Counted from the first letter of the stretch, positions 1-12,919 are shown. The stretch is 64,000 bases of DNA from Eledone cirrhosa (GCA_964016885.1 OZ024748.1:29078001-29142000); one strand, 5' to 3'. Numbers and translations: made by a program. The notes: a model not told the origin generated them from the letters alone.

Positions 1-520
1 AGGGAGTCTGTCAATCCCAAAGGGAAGCAACTCCAGCTGCTTCCTGTCTAGAGAGCGGTGATGAGATTGTCATGACAAGAGAGGCAACTCTTGCTACATT
101 ATCTCCCGTCAGATTTTTAAAACATAAAAATCGAAAGAAGCATGCATGGAGTAAGAGGGCGAGCATGTAAGAGGCATGAAAATGATGGTACAAAGTAATG
201 AAAGTAAGAGAAGAGGTCAAAAGTTCAAATATCTAAAATACAGTTAACATGTGTGCAATCATATGACAGCAGTAAAGAATGTGTTCCAGAGAATGAATGC
301 AGGTGGTTTCTGGTCTGTGGTATAACATGAAATTTCAAACTTCCGAAGGGAATTTCTCACAGGCAGAGTGCTGCAGAAATAAATTGTCTAGCTTGTTCTG
401 CTGGTTTTAGTTGTTGATGTTGTGAATGCGTTGACCTGGAAGGGTCAAGAGGCCAGCGACCAGAGAAATAAGCATTCTTACTAAATGCGTGGTTTTCAAC
501 GGCAAATTTACGTGGTAAAT

Positions 521-1549
521 TTATAAGCCGGCAAATAGAAGAATATAGCTTAAAATGTTCGTTGTAAAGGAAACGAAAAACATATATATACATCCAGTGA
601 TATGGTAATGATAAGGTGGGACAGAAGGAGCAGGTGTATGCACAAGAGAGAAAGATTGGGGTATTTGTGGCTCGGGTGTATGAGCGTCATTGTGTGCCCT
701 TTTCAGTCTATCCACCGAAATTGTCTCTCTGGACCCCTTAATGTCTACAGTGAAATGTTTGTCAGTGCGTGCTAACACACGGTAGGGTCCAGAGTACGGT
801 TGTGTAAGGGGTGGTCTCACAGCATCGTTCCTTACGAACCCATGGGTCCACGAAGCAATATCCCTCGGGACCGCAGATTTTACAGTTTGCTTCCTCGTAT
901 CCATCGGCGGCAGGTCCTGTAAATAAGAACGCAGACGGGATACGTAGGAAAGCGGATCTTGGAAAGCAAGATCAACAGGGGCAAGCATTTGCCCAGGCAA
1001 CGCTAGAGGAGCACCATAAATTAATTCGGCCGGGGAGTACCCAAGGTCCTCCTTTATTGATGACCGAATTCCTAATAACACAATAGGAAGGTACTCGCTC
1101 CAACGTTGAGAGTCTGGATAGGCGCAAAGAGCGGCCTTTAATTGGCAGTGGAATCGTTCCACCATTCCGTTTGAAGCAGGATGATAGGCCGTGGTCCGAA
1201 TCCGTTGAGCTCCAATTATTTTTGTGAACTCAGAGAAGAGATGGGACTCGAATTGTCTACCACGGTCTGTGGTGAGTGTAGTTGGTACCCCAAAGCGGGT
1301 AATCCACCCTGATACCAGGGCACATGCTACAGTCTCAGCAGTTATGTCTTGTAAAGGGATGGCTTCAGGCCACCTTGAAAAACGATCGACACACGTCAAT
1401 ATGTAAGAATATCCACTGCTGAATGGCCAAGGTCCAACGATGTCAATGTGGATGTGTTGAAACCGAGCATCTGGAGTACTGAAAGTACCAAGTGGAGTCC
1501 GGATGTGTCTATGGATCTTCGATTTCTGGCAAGCGATACAGGAACGGCA
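521..1549 (-). pseudogene. Gypsy integrase core and GPY domain
   Basis: [36 protein letters not shown] and PYSGPYRV. Confidence 0.92.
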
Positions 1550-2383
1550 TCAAGCAGCGATGTCGCGCCTCATATTTGGCCAGAAGAATCTGGCTGTTAT
1601 GAGTTTAACTGTGGCAGCAGATCCTGGATGAGAAATGTTGTGCAAAGCCAGGAACACAATTCGACGGTGAGTCTCAGGAACAAGTGGTCGTGGTGCATCA
1701 GTAGATACATCACATAGAATCTGCCTGTCGGTGGTGGACAAGGGCAGATATTTGAAAATGCAAGTCGCAAATTCAGTAGAAAGAGTGTCCAATGATTAGA
1801 GTGCAGGTTGGTCTGCAGCTAAACGACCTAAGTCAATCTCCTGGGATGACAAGATGGAGCTAATTGGCAAACGTGACAATGCGTCTGCAACTATGTTGTG
1901 CGAGCCGGCAATGTGCTGGATATCGTTTGTAAATTGTGAAACGTAGTCCAGGTGCCTTGTCTCTCTGGGCGAATATCTGTCGGCTTTGGCCCTCAAAGCG
2001 AAGGTCAACAGTTTGTGGTCGGTAAAAACCGTAAAATTTCTCCCCTCAAGAATATGAGAGAAATGTTTCACCAACAGATATATGGCTAATAATTCCCGCC
2101 CAAACGTGCTATAATGCGTTTCTGCTGGTTTCAACTTCCTCGAGAAAAATGCCAAAGGTTGTTGGTTTTCAGCGTAAGACTGTTGTAAAACTGCTCCCAC
2201 AGCGGTATCAGATGCATCAACACAAAGCGAAAGCTTGGCCTCTGGTACCGGGTGGGCTAGCAAAGAAGAACTAATGAGTGCTGTCTTGGCAGACTGGAAG
2301 TCCTGAAGCAGTCCTTGTGTCAAGGAAATGTCTTCATTCTTCTTATGACGATTTTTTAAAATGTCAGTAAGGGAAGATAGCAA
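1550..2383 (-). pseudogene. Gypsy pol: RNase H and integrase zinc-finger region, broken by stops
   Basis: VDASDTAVGAVLQQ, FGRELLAIY, TDHK and NIVADALSR, then H-x3-HPG of the integrase finger. Confidence 0.88.
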
Positions 2384-3651
2384 GTTAGCACGAAACGCCT
2401 ATAGAAATTGATTAGGCCTAAGAAGTGACGCAACTGGTGAAGTGTAGTAGGCGGAGGTAACTCCTGTATGGCTTGAACTCGCTGAGGGAGCGGCCTAATA
2501 CCTTCAGCGTCGATGAGGTGGCCTAAAAAATGTAGGGAAGTGGAACCGAAAACACACTTTGCAGGATTCACGCGAACGCGGTAATCCTGAAGTCGCCGAA
2601 ATAAGAGAAGCATGTGGCGCATATGCTCTTCCGGAGAGGAACTAGCGACGAGAATATCGTCTATGTAAGCATAAACAAAGTCCAGACCACGCGTGACCTC
2701 GTCTATGAACCGCTGAAAAGTGCTAGCGGCGTTCCTGAGTCCGAAAGGCATGGTCAAAAATTTGAATGATCCGAAAGGGGTTGTAATCGCCGTTTTCGGA
2801 ATATCCTCCTTCCTGACCGGAATTTGGTGGTAGGCTCGCACTAAATCTAACTTAGAAAAAATTTTACACCCCTGCAGTGAAAATGCAAAATCGTGGAGTT
2901 GGGGAATGGGATACCTATCCGGGACGGTCATGGCATTTAACCTCCTATAATCCCCCGTGGGTCTCCAGTCGCCGGAAGTCTTGGGCACCATGTGTAACGG
3001 TGAAGCCCAAGGACTCGTAGATGGGCGAATAATGCCCAGCTGCAGCATATGGTCAAACTCAGACCGTGCTGCCTTTAATTTTTCTGTCGGTAAGTGGCGT
3101 GGACGCGAAAACACTGGAGCACCGGTGGTGGAAACGAAATGTTCGGTCGAGTGTGTTGGGTTAGTGACTCGAAAATTTCCATCCGTGAGCTCCGGGAAAG
3201 AACCCAGCAAAGCATGGTAGGCGTCTCCAGCGGCAGCGACAAAGAATATGGGGCTGACTATCGGAGCATTGGCTTCCTGGCCATGAATTGAAAAGCCGGT
3301 GATGTTATCCACCAGGCGTTGGCCACGGACATCCACAGTTAAAGAGAAGTTGTGGAGGAAATCCGCTCCTAAGATGGGATATGGCAAATCAGCAACCGTA
3401 AAAATCCACTTAAAATCCCTTCGAAGATTTAGGAATTTAAGAGGGAGTGAGATTTGCCCGTACGGCTTTATAGACGAGTGGCTAACTGCCTGCAGCATAA
3501 CAGATGACTCTATGGGGGTATCTTTCAGGCAATGGACCGGCCAAATACTACAGGAGGCTCCTGTATCCACGAGGAAACCTCTTCCGGACATTAGGTCCTT
3601 AATGAAGAAATGGCGGTTTGGTGGCTTTATGTTGAGGTCACCTGTCCCCAT
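2356..3651 (-). pseudogene. Gypsy pol: protease and reverse transcriptase
   Basis: ORF track shows [39 protein letters not shown] and AYIDDILV. The frame shifts into RNase H at about 2380. Confidence 0.92.
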
Positions 3652-4440
3652 CAGAGGACCTCTTAAGCGTTTCCCGCCTTATGAAAGGAGCAAGGTTGCA
3701 CGCAGTGATTCGCGCTCTCAGCAAATCGCTCGTGGTACCAGCATAAAGATGAACGCCGTCTAACATAATGAACGCCGTCTAAAACTTTGCGATCTCCCGC
3801 GACTGCAGGGGCGCGAACAGCCACCACACAAGGCCTTCATCTTGTGGAGCTCTATGTTGAGCTCCTGAATGAACCTTTGCATCGCTATAATGGTCGAGCT
3901 GTCTGTTGGCGCTGCCGCGTAGATCGCATGGCCGTATGTGGCCCGAGCTGGGTGGTGAACACAAGCCATTGGTATACCGTAGGCAATCTACCGTTTGGAA
4001 AAATGTCTGTAACGTAACAGAAAAGGAAAACAAAATTTTTCTGTCAGACCACTGGACCGGAAAAATAATGCATCCGGGACAATATGCAAACAAGCGATTA
4101 AATGAATGCTGTTATACTAAGGTAAGGGCAAGGAACCTAAAAAAAAAATCCAACATGGCGGACTATTTTGCGTCAAAAACACTATTGATGGAGAAGAGAG
4201 ACTCCATCTTGTCATCCTCAAAAATGTTTAGCCAGAGAAGAGAAGGGCAGAAAAGGAGAGAAAAATAAAAGGCAAACACATTTATACAATTGCTGTTTGT
4301 CTGTGTGTCAATAATTGTAGGTATTCGTTTTGTATTAAATTGTTATATTTTTCTCTTTTTCTTCTGTCTCTAGTTTTTTTTTTATATTATATTATATACA
4401 CCATATACCATTTCCATTCTTTTTTTTTTTCTTTTTTTAA

Positions 4441-4459
4441 ATCACATCGGGGGTCACCA
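4441..4459 (-). other. Primer-binding site complementary to the tRNA-Trp 3' end
   Basis: The - strand reads TGGTGACCCCCGATGTGAT, next to the putative 5' LTR. The canonical form is TGGTGACCCCGACGTGAT. Confidence 0.8.
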
Positions 4460-4460
4460 C

Positions 4461-4761
4461 TTTAGGAGATTAGTATCGGTGTACATATAACATAAAAAAG
4501 ACAGTAAATACCGGTGTGTGTGTTATAATAAAGTTTTTACTTCATGGAAGTCAAAGGTATTAAATAATAAGGATTTGTTACCCGATGGTCATAACTCGAG
4601 CCTGAAGTTGGTAGAGAAAAGAAGAGATCTTTTCTAGCTGGTATTGACATCTTAGGCTCAGGCTGCAAGTTGCATTGTTCTTGGTAACGAAGGATCATCA
4701 AGAAGGAATCATCACAATGAGTGATGAGATTGTCATGACAAGGGAGGCAACTCTTGCTACA
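4461..4761 (-). repeat. Putative 5' LTR of the Gypsy element
   Basis: Bounded by the PBS and by ...gctaca. Ends are tttag (probably from tgtag) and ctaca. The last ~40 bp match 58-98. Confidence 0.6.
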
Positions 4762-4827
4762 CACTCTTTTGCCTTTCTTACCTTTGTGTATGTTTTTTCA
4801 TTTCATCTCTCTTTCTCTCCCTCTCAG

Positions 4828-4980
4828 CTACTATGAATATGATCATATTGGTGGTGAAAGACATGTGGAACTTTATGATAGAGAAATGAAGAGAATGGAG
4901 ATGGGTCCTGTCCGAGATATTCGAGACAGAGAGGACAGACAATCTGATGACTGGTCTCGAACAGATGAAAAACTTGGAAG
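4828..4980 (+). pseudogene. Upstream SAFB-like copy, R/D/E-rich late exon
   Basis: Polypyrimidine-cag acceptor and ag|gtaatt donor. Encodes YYEYDHIGGERHVELYDREMKRMEMGPVRDIRDREDRQSDDWSR. Its phase 2 end fits the next exon. Confidence 0.65.
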
Positions 4981-5124
4981 GTAATTTTTGTTTTTCCTTT
5001 TTTTATCTTATATTAGTTTTTCTTTATTTTTCTTTAGGTATTTATTTATATATTTATGTGTGTGAAAGATCATATATAAATATATATAAATATACTCACT
5101 CAGACATATATATAGACATTACTA

Positions 5125-6680
5125 AAGACAAGTTCAATGAGTCTCTAATGCTCACTACCTCCCAGAAACCCAACAGTGACTATAAAATTATTGCTGGCGA
5201 TCTTAATGGTCATGTTGGACAACATTGTGATGGCTATGATGGTGTTCATGGAGGTTATGGGTTTGGTACTAGAAATGAGGAAGGCTTCAGGATCCTGGAA
5301 TTCTGTGATGCAAATGACCTGACTATATGCAACACAAACTTCAAAAACGTTACAGTCATTTGATCACGTATAGATCAGGGGAGTACACCAGCCAGATAGA
5401 CTTTATCCTTACTAGGAAACGAGGCAAAGTGTCTGTTTTGAACACTAAGACCCTCCCTTGGGAAGAATGTGCCTTCCAACATAATTTAATAGAAAGTGAC
5501 CTCATAGTCAGAACCAAACGTAATTGCCGGCAGAGAATACCTTAAGGAGAAGATTATGCTGAAATGTTGAAGGTATCTGGAATGGTGGGACATACTATGG
5601 TCACCCGGATAGTAAACCAAGTAATACATAATGGGGTCATAGTGTAGCAGCATCATCATCAACTATTACAAGGGCAAAGGAGACGCCCTGGATAGAGGAA
5701 ACTATAGGGGTATTAAATTAGTTGACCAAATCATGAAAGTCACAGAAAGAGTTATTACTCAACTGATTAGAGACCAAATTGATCTAGATGAAATGCAATT
5801 TGGGTTTGTGCCAGGTAAAAGTACCACGCATGCTCTTTTCCTTGTACGGCAATTGAAGGAGAAGTACCTGGCTAACAGTAAACCCCTCTACTTAACTTTT
5901 GTTGACCTAGAGAAGGCCTTTGACAGAGTCCCGCGCACCTTAATCTGGTGGGCTCTTAGAAAACTAGGAGTGGAAGAACAGCTTTTGAGAGCTATACAAG
6001 CCATGTATAGAGGAACAGTCAACAAGGTTAGAATTAACGAAGAATATAGTGATGAATTTAGTGTAATGGTAGGGGTACACCAGGGTTCCGTTCTTAGCCC
6101 CCTCCTGTTTATAATTGTTCTACAGGCTATAACAGAGGGGTTTAAGACTGGCTGCCCATGGGAACTTTATTATGCAGATGATCTAACACTCATAGCTGAA
6201 TTTATGGCTGAACTAGAGAGGAAGTTCCAAACATGGAAGCATGGCCTAGAATCAAAAGTCCTTAGAGTCAACTTATCTAAGATTAAGATTCTAGTATGCA
6301 GAAAGGAGAATAGGGCACAGGTACCCTCTGGGAAATGGCCATGCTCAGTGTGTAAGAAAAAAGTAGGTAGAAACTCCATTCTATGACCCAAATGCAAAAT
6401 ATGGGTGCATAAAAGATGTAGTGGGATCAGAGGTAAGCTATCTAAGAATGTAGATTTTATATGTGGCCGATGCTCAGGTACATGGAGAAAAGGCTCGCAG
6501 TCCACACTGTAAATGTGGTTGGCATTAAGAAGGGCCTCCAGCTGTAAAAAAAACCTGCCAGAGACGCTTCCGTGTGAGCGAGACATGGTCTCCCGATCAT
6601 TCCCGCGTCAAATGGAACAAAATCGTCTAACCCATGCTAGCGTGGAAGAAGGACATTAAACGATGATGATGATGATGACA
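5125..6680 (+). mobile_element. RTE-type LINE fragment with internal deletions and a (GAT)n tail
   Basis: Endonuclease motif IAGDLNGHVG; RT motifs QFGFVPG, FVDLEKAFDRV, GVHQGSVLSP and YADD; Cys-rich KWPCSVC; tail at 6662-6678. Confidence 0.85.
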
Positions 6681-7204
6681 TACACACATACATAACACAT
6701 CCTAATTCCAACCAATTTGCAGAGTTTACTGGCTGTATTCCATCATGCTACATACACTTGTGAGGTTGTCTTGTCAACAGCAGGCTAAAAGGTACCTTCC
6801 CACTCCATGTAGTCTCCAATCTCTCACTACTTTTAATGGTATTGTCGCCATCCTTGTACCAGTGGACCTTCATCACAATCCTGTGTCATTCCTTGACAAT
6901 GTTCAGGAGATTATTCTTCACAAATTCCTCACATGTCTTACATAGTCTCTCTTTTTCATGTGTTCTATTTATTTCAAACATTCAACACTTTTTTTTTGTA
7001 CAACCCTCGCCCTCCTTCCACATCACATGCCTGTACCAACACTAAATCCCATTCCACTTCTACTCAGCTTTTCTCTCAGCTCTCTTCTGCTCTATCATTC
7101 AGGCACACTTACATTTAACATGCAATGAATGTGTAAATCTTTATATGTACATTTATATTTGTTTATATGTATTTATACATATACATCCACAAAGCAAGTT
7201 TTGG

Positions 7205-7560
7205 AGTTGTAAATGTATACACCAACCTCTATAGAACAGTGTTGATGTATATACCAACCTCTATAATATGATAGTGTTGGTATATACACCAAACCCTATA
7301 TAACAGTGTTGACATATACACCAACCTCTATATAGAACAGTGTTGGTATATACACCAACCTCTATAATATGACAGTGTTGTTATATAGACCATCCTCTGT
7401 ATATGATAGTTTTGGGACATATACCAACCTCTTTTTATAACAATGTTGGTGAATACACTAACCTATATATGTTAGTGTTGATGTATGTACATCAACCTCT
7501 ATACATGACAGTGTTGATGTATCTATATATGACTGTTGATATATACACCAACCTCTCTAT
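7205..7560. repeat. Minisatellite with a ~35-41 bp unit
   Basis: Repeated acagtgttg(g/a)tatatacaccaacctctata, about 9 diverged copies. Confidence 0.8.
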
Positions 7561-7651
7561 TTGTATCAAAATATCTCTTGTAGAATATGCTTCTAAACAC
7601 TTTCTTGAAGTAAATTGCTAGCTTTGCATCTGATTTAACCCTTATATTTAG

Positions 7652-7785
7652 GATGCCCTATGAATTCAGAAGAGATATGGGAGTAAACCAGGAAAGATAT
7701 ATTGGCCCTGAATCAGGACAAGGAGACCCTGACAGACAAAATATATCAGCTCATGATAGGCTGGGCTGAATGAGAAATACTCCTG
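7652..7785 (+). pseudogene. Upstream SAFB-like copy, penultimate exon with an in-frame TGA
   Basis: tttag acceptor and g|gtaagt donor. Encodes RMPYEFRRDMGVNQERYIGPESGQGDPDRQNISAHDRLG*MRNTP with TGA at 7767-7769. Phases 2 and 1 fit both neighbours. Confidence 0.65.
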
Positions 7786-10109
7786 GTAAGTTTTTATTGT
7801 ATTCTCACTATCAACATCATTTAATGTCTGCTTTCCCTGTTACATAGAAATGTATGTTTGTATGTATGTTTGTATTCCTTCTTCAGAAGATAGAATGAGA
7901 AATAAAAGATGAAATAGAAAGATAGAGAGTGAGAAGAGGAAGGAATGATAAAAAACATTTTTTTTTAGAAAAAGTACAGGATCTTTTCGGTTTGGTTGCC
8001 AGCATTAAAGTTTATTGAACATTTTTTAAATTTGGCATATATTGATGTAGTTTTCCAAGCTGAATTGCTGGAATTGTTTCATTTTTTCCAGAAAAATGTT
8101 TTTAAAAGGTTATTTAAGTTTGATATTTTTCACCCAGTCAGGAAACAGGATTTGGAACCTGTCATCCCCAGTTTACACTTGTTACTATGGAAACAGTCTT
8201 CAATATATTGTCAACACGTGCTTCCTTGCAGACAAAACAGTTCTCATGTTCCGCTTGTTACTATGGAAACAGGCATGAATATATCTGTGGCTTACGATTG
8301 GCTAAAATTACCCAAAATGTTCAATCTTTAATTGCTAATAACTCTTTATTTAATGATTTATAGCAAAAATGATTTTCATGGCATTCATTAGCCTATAAAT
8401 GTGTATTGTTACACTGAATATGAAATCAATTCGAACAGAAATGCCGCTGGCAGTCAAACTGAAAAGATCCAAAGTACATGTGTATTCTGTCACCCAATTT
8501 TGGGAATGCTGGTTAGTGGGTATCTTAGGTATTATAGAGGTTTAGCAAGGGAGATAATTATTGTGTATTTTGAGTATGCATATGTGTGTAGATTTGTCTG
8601 TGCAAAGCTGTGAAGGATTGGCATTGTACCGTAACCGAGTTGGCTGGTGTGAGAGTATATATATATATATATACACATGAATATTTCTCTCTGCATACAC
8701 ACACAAATACACCTGTCATCATCATCATCGTTTAATGTCCACTTTCCATACTAGCACAGGTTAGACGGGCTATCCCATTTGAGGCAAGTTGGATCAGCTG
8801 ACTGTGTTTTGTTCATATGGAACTGTCCCATCCCAGCCTATTGGTTATATGCACCCAGGCCTACTTTGGCATTCCTGTCTCCTTAGACGATGAGGATGTT
8901 CCTTGAGGAGCTATCTTGATAATTTTCTCCAGGTCCTCATAGAACTCAACAGCATCATCATCATGATAATCAAGTGCTGGTGCTTAGATTTTATGATGGT
9001 AATATTCTGTGGTCTTACAGTCACATGCATGGGGATGAGTCTACTGAATACTGGTGTACAGCTGATAACTGACCTTACTCTCATCATCATCACCGTTTAA
9101 CATCTATTTTTCCATGCTTTCATAGATTAGATGGGTCACCCATGTCACTAGACAGGTCTGAGCAGTTGGCTGCGCCATACCTTTCTTAGACAGAACTGTA
9201 ATTTTGCAGTGATTTTTACAGCTTGATGCCCTTCCTAACACCAACCATGTTTATAGTGCAGAACTGTATGGCCCGTTATGAGGAGGGTCTGGCCAGTTGG
9301 CCATGTTGTACTCTGCTTACATTGGAACCATAATTTGGTGGTCCCACTATTTGGGAGGTTGGGCCAGTTGTTCGCGCCAAATCTTACTCATAAAGGAGCC
9401 ATGTTACCAGGTGGTCCTGATATGTTTGTTAATGATGAAACCCACTCCATGTTTGTGTTTGGTGTCACTACGATTTGTGGCCTTCATCTGTAGTTGTCTC
9501 ACTAAATCCAGTCCACCTGACTTCAGCCAACCCTAAGATATCCCGTGTGTATCTGGCAAGCCATTGGTGTTCTGGGCCTCGACTGATCTGGCATCTTATT
9601 TGACTGTTTGTGTATTATGGTATTTCAGTGGACCTTAGAACGCTTGGCAGTGCCCATTTTCTCTCCAACCTTCAAGTCCCTCACTAAGTTTAGCCTGCCA
9701 GCAGAAGCAGTTTCCAGGGTGTAGCTGGAAAATATTTTCAAAGCCAAAAATGAGAGTAGGGTAAAAGCCAGTGTACCCGTCCATCCCTAAGGATGCTGCT
9801 ACCGGACATCAAGGTACTCTCTCTACACCCAAGTAACTATATAGATTTTCAATATAGTGCTCTCTTACCACTTATTGAATATTTTGCTACACACACATCT
9901 TCCTTCAGCTGTCTTTTATATACTTCTCTCAATACAGCCCTCTCTTAATCCTGTTTCTTCCCTCACCCTTATTTCTCTCCCTATCCCCGCCTCTCTCTAC
10001 TGTTTTCGATACTCTCCTCTTTACACAATTATAACTACTCTATTCTAAATTGTTCATTGTTTTCATATTTGTGATTTATTTGAAAATATCTTTTTTGTGT
10101 TCCTGTTAG

Positions 10110-10486
10110 TTGGTGGACCTGACCAAAGACCTCAATGGAGTTCTGGCAGCATGGGTAGGAAAGTGGACAGCTGGTCTCACATGCATGGAGACATGGACAA
10201 CAGTGGCATGAACCAATCAAATGACCAGTGGCATGAGAACAACATAAACCCAACAGGTCTTGATGCCAGTGGGGCATTTGTTGACCATGGTAATAGAACT
10301 GGTAATAGTGGAGGGATTGTGCAAAACGTGGGACCTGGTAACATGTATGGCAACCCTCAGTCATAGGGTGGGCTTACAATGGTTTCACATGCTGGTGGAA
10401 ATGGTGATGGTGGTGGTGGTAATAACATGAGTGGACGTATACAGGAACCTCAATTTGATGCTTATAAATTTATGGGACAAATGTGA
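10110..10486 (+). pseudogene. Upstream SAFB-like copy, G/N/W-rich terminal exon
   Basis: ctgttag acceptor. Encodes GGPDQRPQWSSGSMG...GNPQS*GGLTMV...QEPQFDAYKFMGQM*, with an internal TAG at 10364-10366. From recall, an FDAYK tail is typical of invertebrate SAFB/SLTM C-termini. Confidence 0.62.
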
Positions 10487-10867
10487 AAATTAAACAGAGG
10501 GGAAGCAGATGGAATCTGAGGCATAGTTTATAAAACTCTACCCTACAGCTATATATCACCTACATCCTCCATTTATGAGTTAATGCTTGGTTTCAGAATA
10601 TCCAATCATTTTTCTGACCTTCCATATGTTAACACACACAAACACACAACTTTCTCTCTATCTTCACATTCTCCATTTCCCAATTATACTGTCTTAATAT
10701 ATTTTATGTGTTGCTATAGTTTATTTCTATAACCTCATCCAACACACACACATCACACAGCTGAATGTATTAATGAAAGAGAAGGAGGAGGAGAAATCAG
10801 ATAGATTGTATTTATGAAATAGGGGGAGAATGGAAAAAGAGCAACTATAGAATGTAATATATGGAGA

Positions 10868-10873
10868 AATAAA
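10868..10873 (+). terminator. Candidate polyadenylation signal of the upstream copy
   Basis: AATAAA about 380 bp after the terminal exon stop, followed by a GT/T-rich tract at about 10900-10970. Confidence 0.5.
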
Positions 10874-12109
10874 ATTTATTCACTGTAAAATACACAAATG
10901 ATGTTGTTAATGTTGTTTGTTACTCCTTCTTTTTTACCTTTTACCTTTGTTTTTCTCTTTTCTGTTCTCCATTACTTGGTTGCCAAAGAAATAATAGTTT
11001 TAAAATGTTGTTAAATCAAAACTGAGTTTTGAAAATATTCTTTTACCCTCTGTAGACTCTAATTGAAACTCTAACCAATAATATGTTCCATAAATGATAT
11101 TACATTTTATTGAATATCACTGCAAAAATGAAAATGAATGGAACTTTCCTGTTTGAAAGCGTTAAATCTTAGATTTTCTGAGTGTGATATAGAAGGACAT
11201 GGTAGCCATTTAAAACATAATTTGCCATCTTTGTCTTCCTCATTATCAAATAAGAAACGACAGTTTGACATAAAAGGACCTTCAATGTCCATATTAATTG
11301 AATTTATCTAATAAAAACTCTCACTGAAAGCAGTAGTTGTTTAGTAAGCTTTTTATTTGTCTGTCCCTCTCATTAATAGGCAAATTAGGCAAGATCCCTA
11401 ATTAAGGAGTTAGGAGTTGAGCATTTCAAATTAGCAATTTAGAGCTCAACACTGGTCATTAGTGAGCTGTGAAAACACCCATTCTAGAAAATGGTGTTTA
11501 GGGAGCAATGTAAACATGCTCTCTAGACAATGGTTTATGAAGGTGATTGTCCCTGTGGTTATGATGCTGGACTCAGAAATATAAATTTGTTTGTTTGATT
11601 CCTGGACCAGATGTTGCACTGTGTTTTTGAGCACGACACTTCATTTCATGTTGCTTTTTGAGATAGAACTGAGATCCCTATCTTTAAATCACCCAAGAAT
11701 CTACGTTAGTCAACTTTGTAGGCTATTTTTGCCAAAGAAATAAAAATGAACGGTACTGGTTGAGAATAAGGGTGTAATGGGTTGTTTTCAGGAGAAATAT
11801 ATTAGAAAGAAATTCAATCATGTTAAGATGGTTATGTATGAAAGCATGCATATCAGGGTTTTACATTAGAAACAAAAGAAATTACAATGGAAGGTATAAT
11901 TTAAATAATAAACTAGAAGAGAGAAAACAATGTCTGTCAAATGAATAAAAAAGCATTTTGGGGAGTGAAGACTCTGGAGAGAGTCTCGCATTGACCAAGC
12001 TTTCAAGTTTATCAGACTGTTGGAGAGATGAGAATCTATAGGAGGGACTGATTCTGACTATATCAACTACGAAGGAATTGATAAGTAATCCCTTTGTATA
12101 AACTTTTCT

Positions 12110-12297
12110 AGTTTTTGGCAAAAGGCCAGCAATTAATTACCCAAGTTGATTACTGGTGTTTTATTTTATCGACCCCATATGGATGAAAGGCAAAGTTAAC
12201 CTCGATGGGATTTGAACTTAGACCGTAAAGGGCTCTAACTCTGTGCTGCAAAGCATGGCATCCGACCCTCTACTAATACTGCCAATTCACTGCCTTT
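12110..12297 (-). mobile_element. SINE-like element
   Basis: Reverse complement of the copy at 50699-50880 (gttcaaatccc..gaggttaactttgcctttcatcc..ggtcgataaaataaa). Confidence 0.75.
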
Positions 12298-12386
12298 AGC
12301 ATAACGAACTCTTGATGGGGCTCGATTGCTTCAAGGTTTGCCATCTCGGATGGAAAGGTGGGCTGGGATGCTAAGATCAGTAACAG

Positions 12387-12608
12387 CCCTTTACCTATGA
12401 TAAGGTAGAGCCTGCTTTCTTTATTGTTGCCACTAGATGGCACAAGTATGAACTTACAACGACCTTCCCCTCACCTATTGGCATGGTACTCCCTAGGAGT
12501 AAGGAGTACCATACCAATGGGTGAGGGTAAGGTCGTTGTAAGTTCATACTTGTGCCATCTAGTGGCAACAATAAAGAAAGCAATCTCTACCTTATCATAG
12601 GTAAAGGG
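12387..12608. repeat. Long palindrome with 106-bp arms and a 10-bp loop
   Basis: 12387-12492 is the reverse complement of 12503-12608 with few mismatches. Confidence 0.92.
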
Positions 12609-12735
12609 GAGTTAACTCTTATTTGTACGAAGAAGTGTATTAAACACATTTTAGAGCTTTTTTCTCAAAAGTGATATTATCCACCCTAGTGAGCACTTAA
12701 ATCTTTCAAAATTCATACACATATATCTTAACTAT

Positions 12736-12848
12736 ATGATGGCCAATGCTAGTGGTGAGATCTCCAACAAGTTAATAGATTTAAGAGTTGTGGATCCCTG
12801 TAGCGATCTGGAAAAACGAGGACTAGACAAGACTGGAGTGAAGGTCGT
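12736..12848 (+). pseudogene. Orphan, truncated duplicate of SAFB exon 1 (SAP domain)
   Basis: MMANASGEISNKLIDLRVVDPCSDLEKRGLDKTGVKVV aligns with 15450 onward. The upstream 200 bp also match 15260-15449. The copy is cut before the splice donor. Confidence 0.88.
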
Positions 12849-12919
12849 GATTGTTTCTATTTTAGGCACAAGGCCAGCAAATACCCAGTACATTACCCTC
12901 TACCCATATCTCTCTCTAT

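Larger units (their letters stand above)
1..4761 (-). mobile_element. Ty3/Gypsy LTR retrotransposon, CsRn1/Kabuki-like, decayed with gag mostly deleted
   Basis: Pol order on the - strand is PR (FLVDTGA), RT (YIDD), RNase H (DASD..VGAVL), integrase (GPY). A CHCC gag knuckle CWYHERF..ANHCVQPC lies at about 3690-3746. A tRNA-Trp-type PBS sits at 4441-4459. The same LTR terminus (gaggcaactcttgctaca) ends at 98 and at 4761. Confidence 0.9.
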
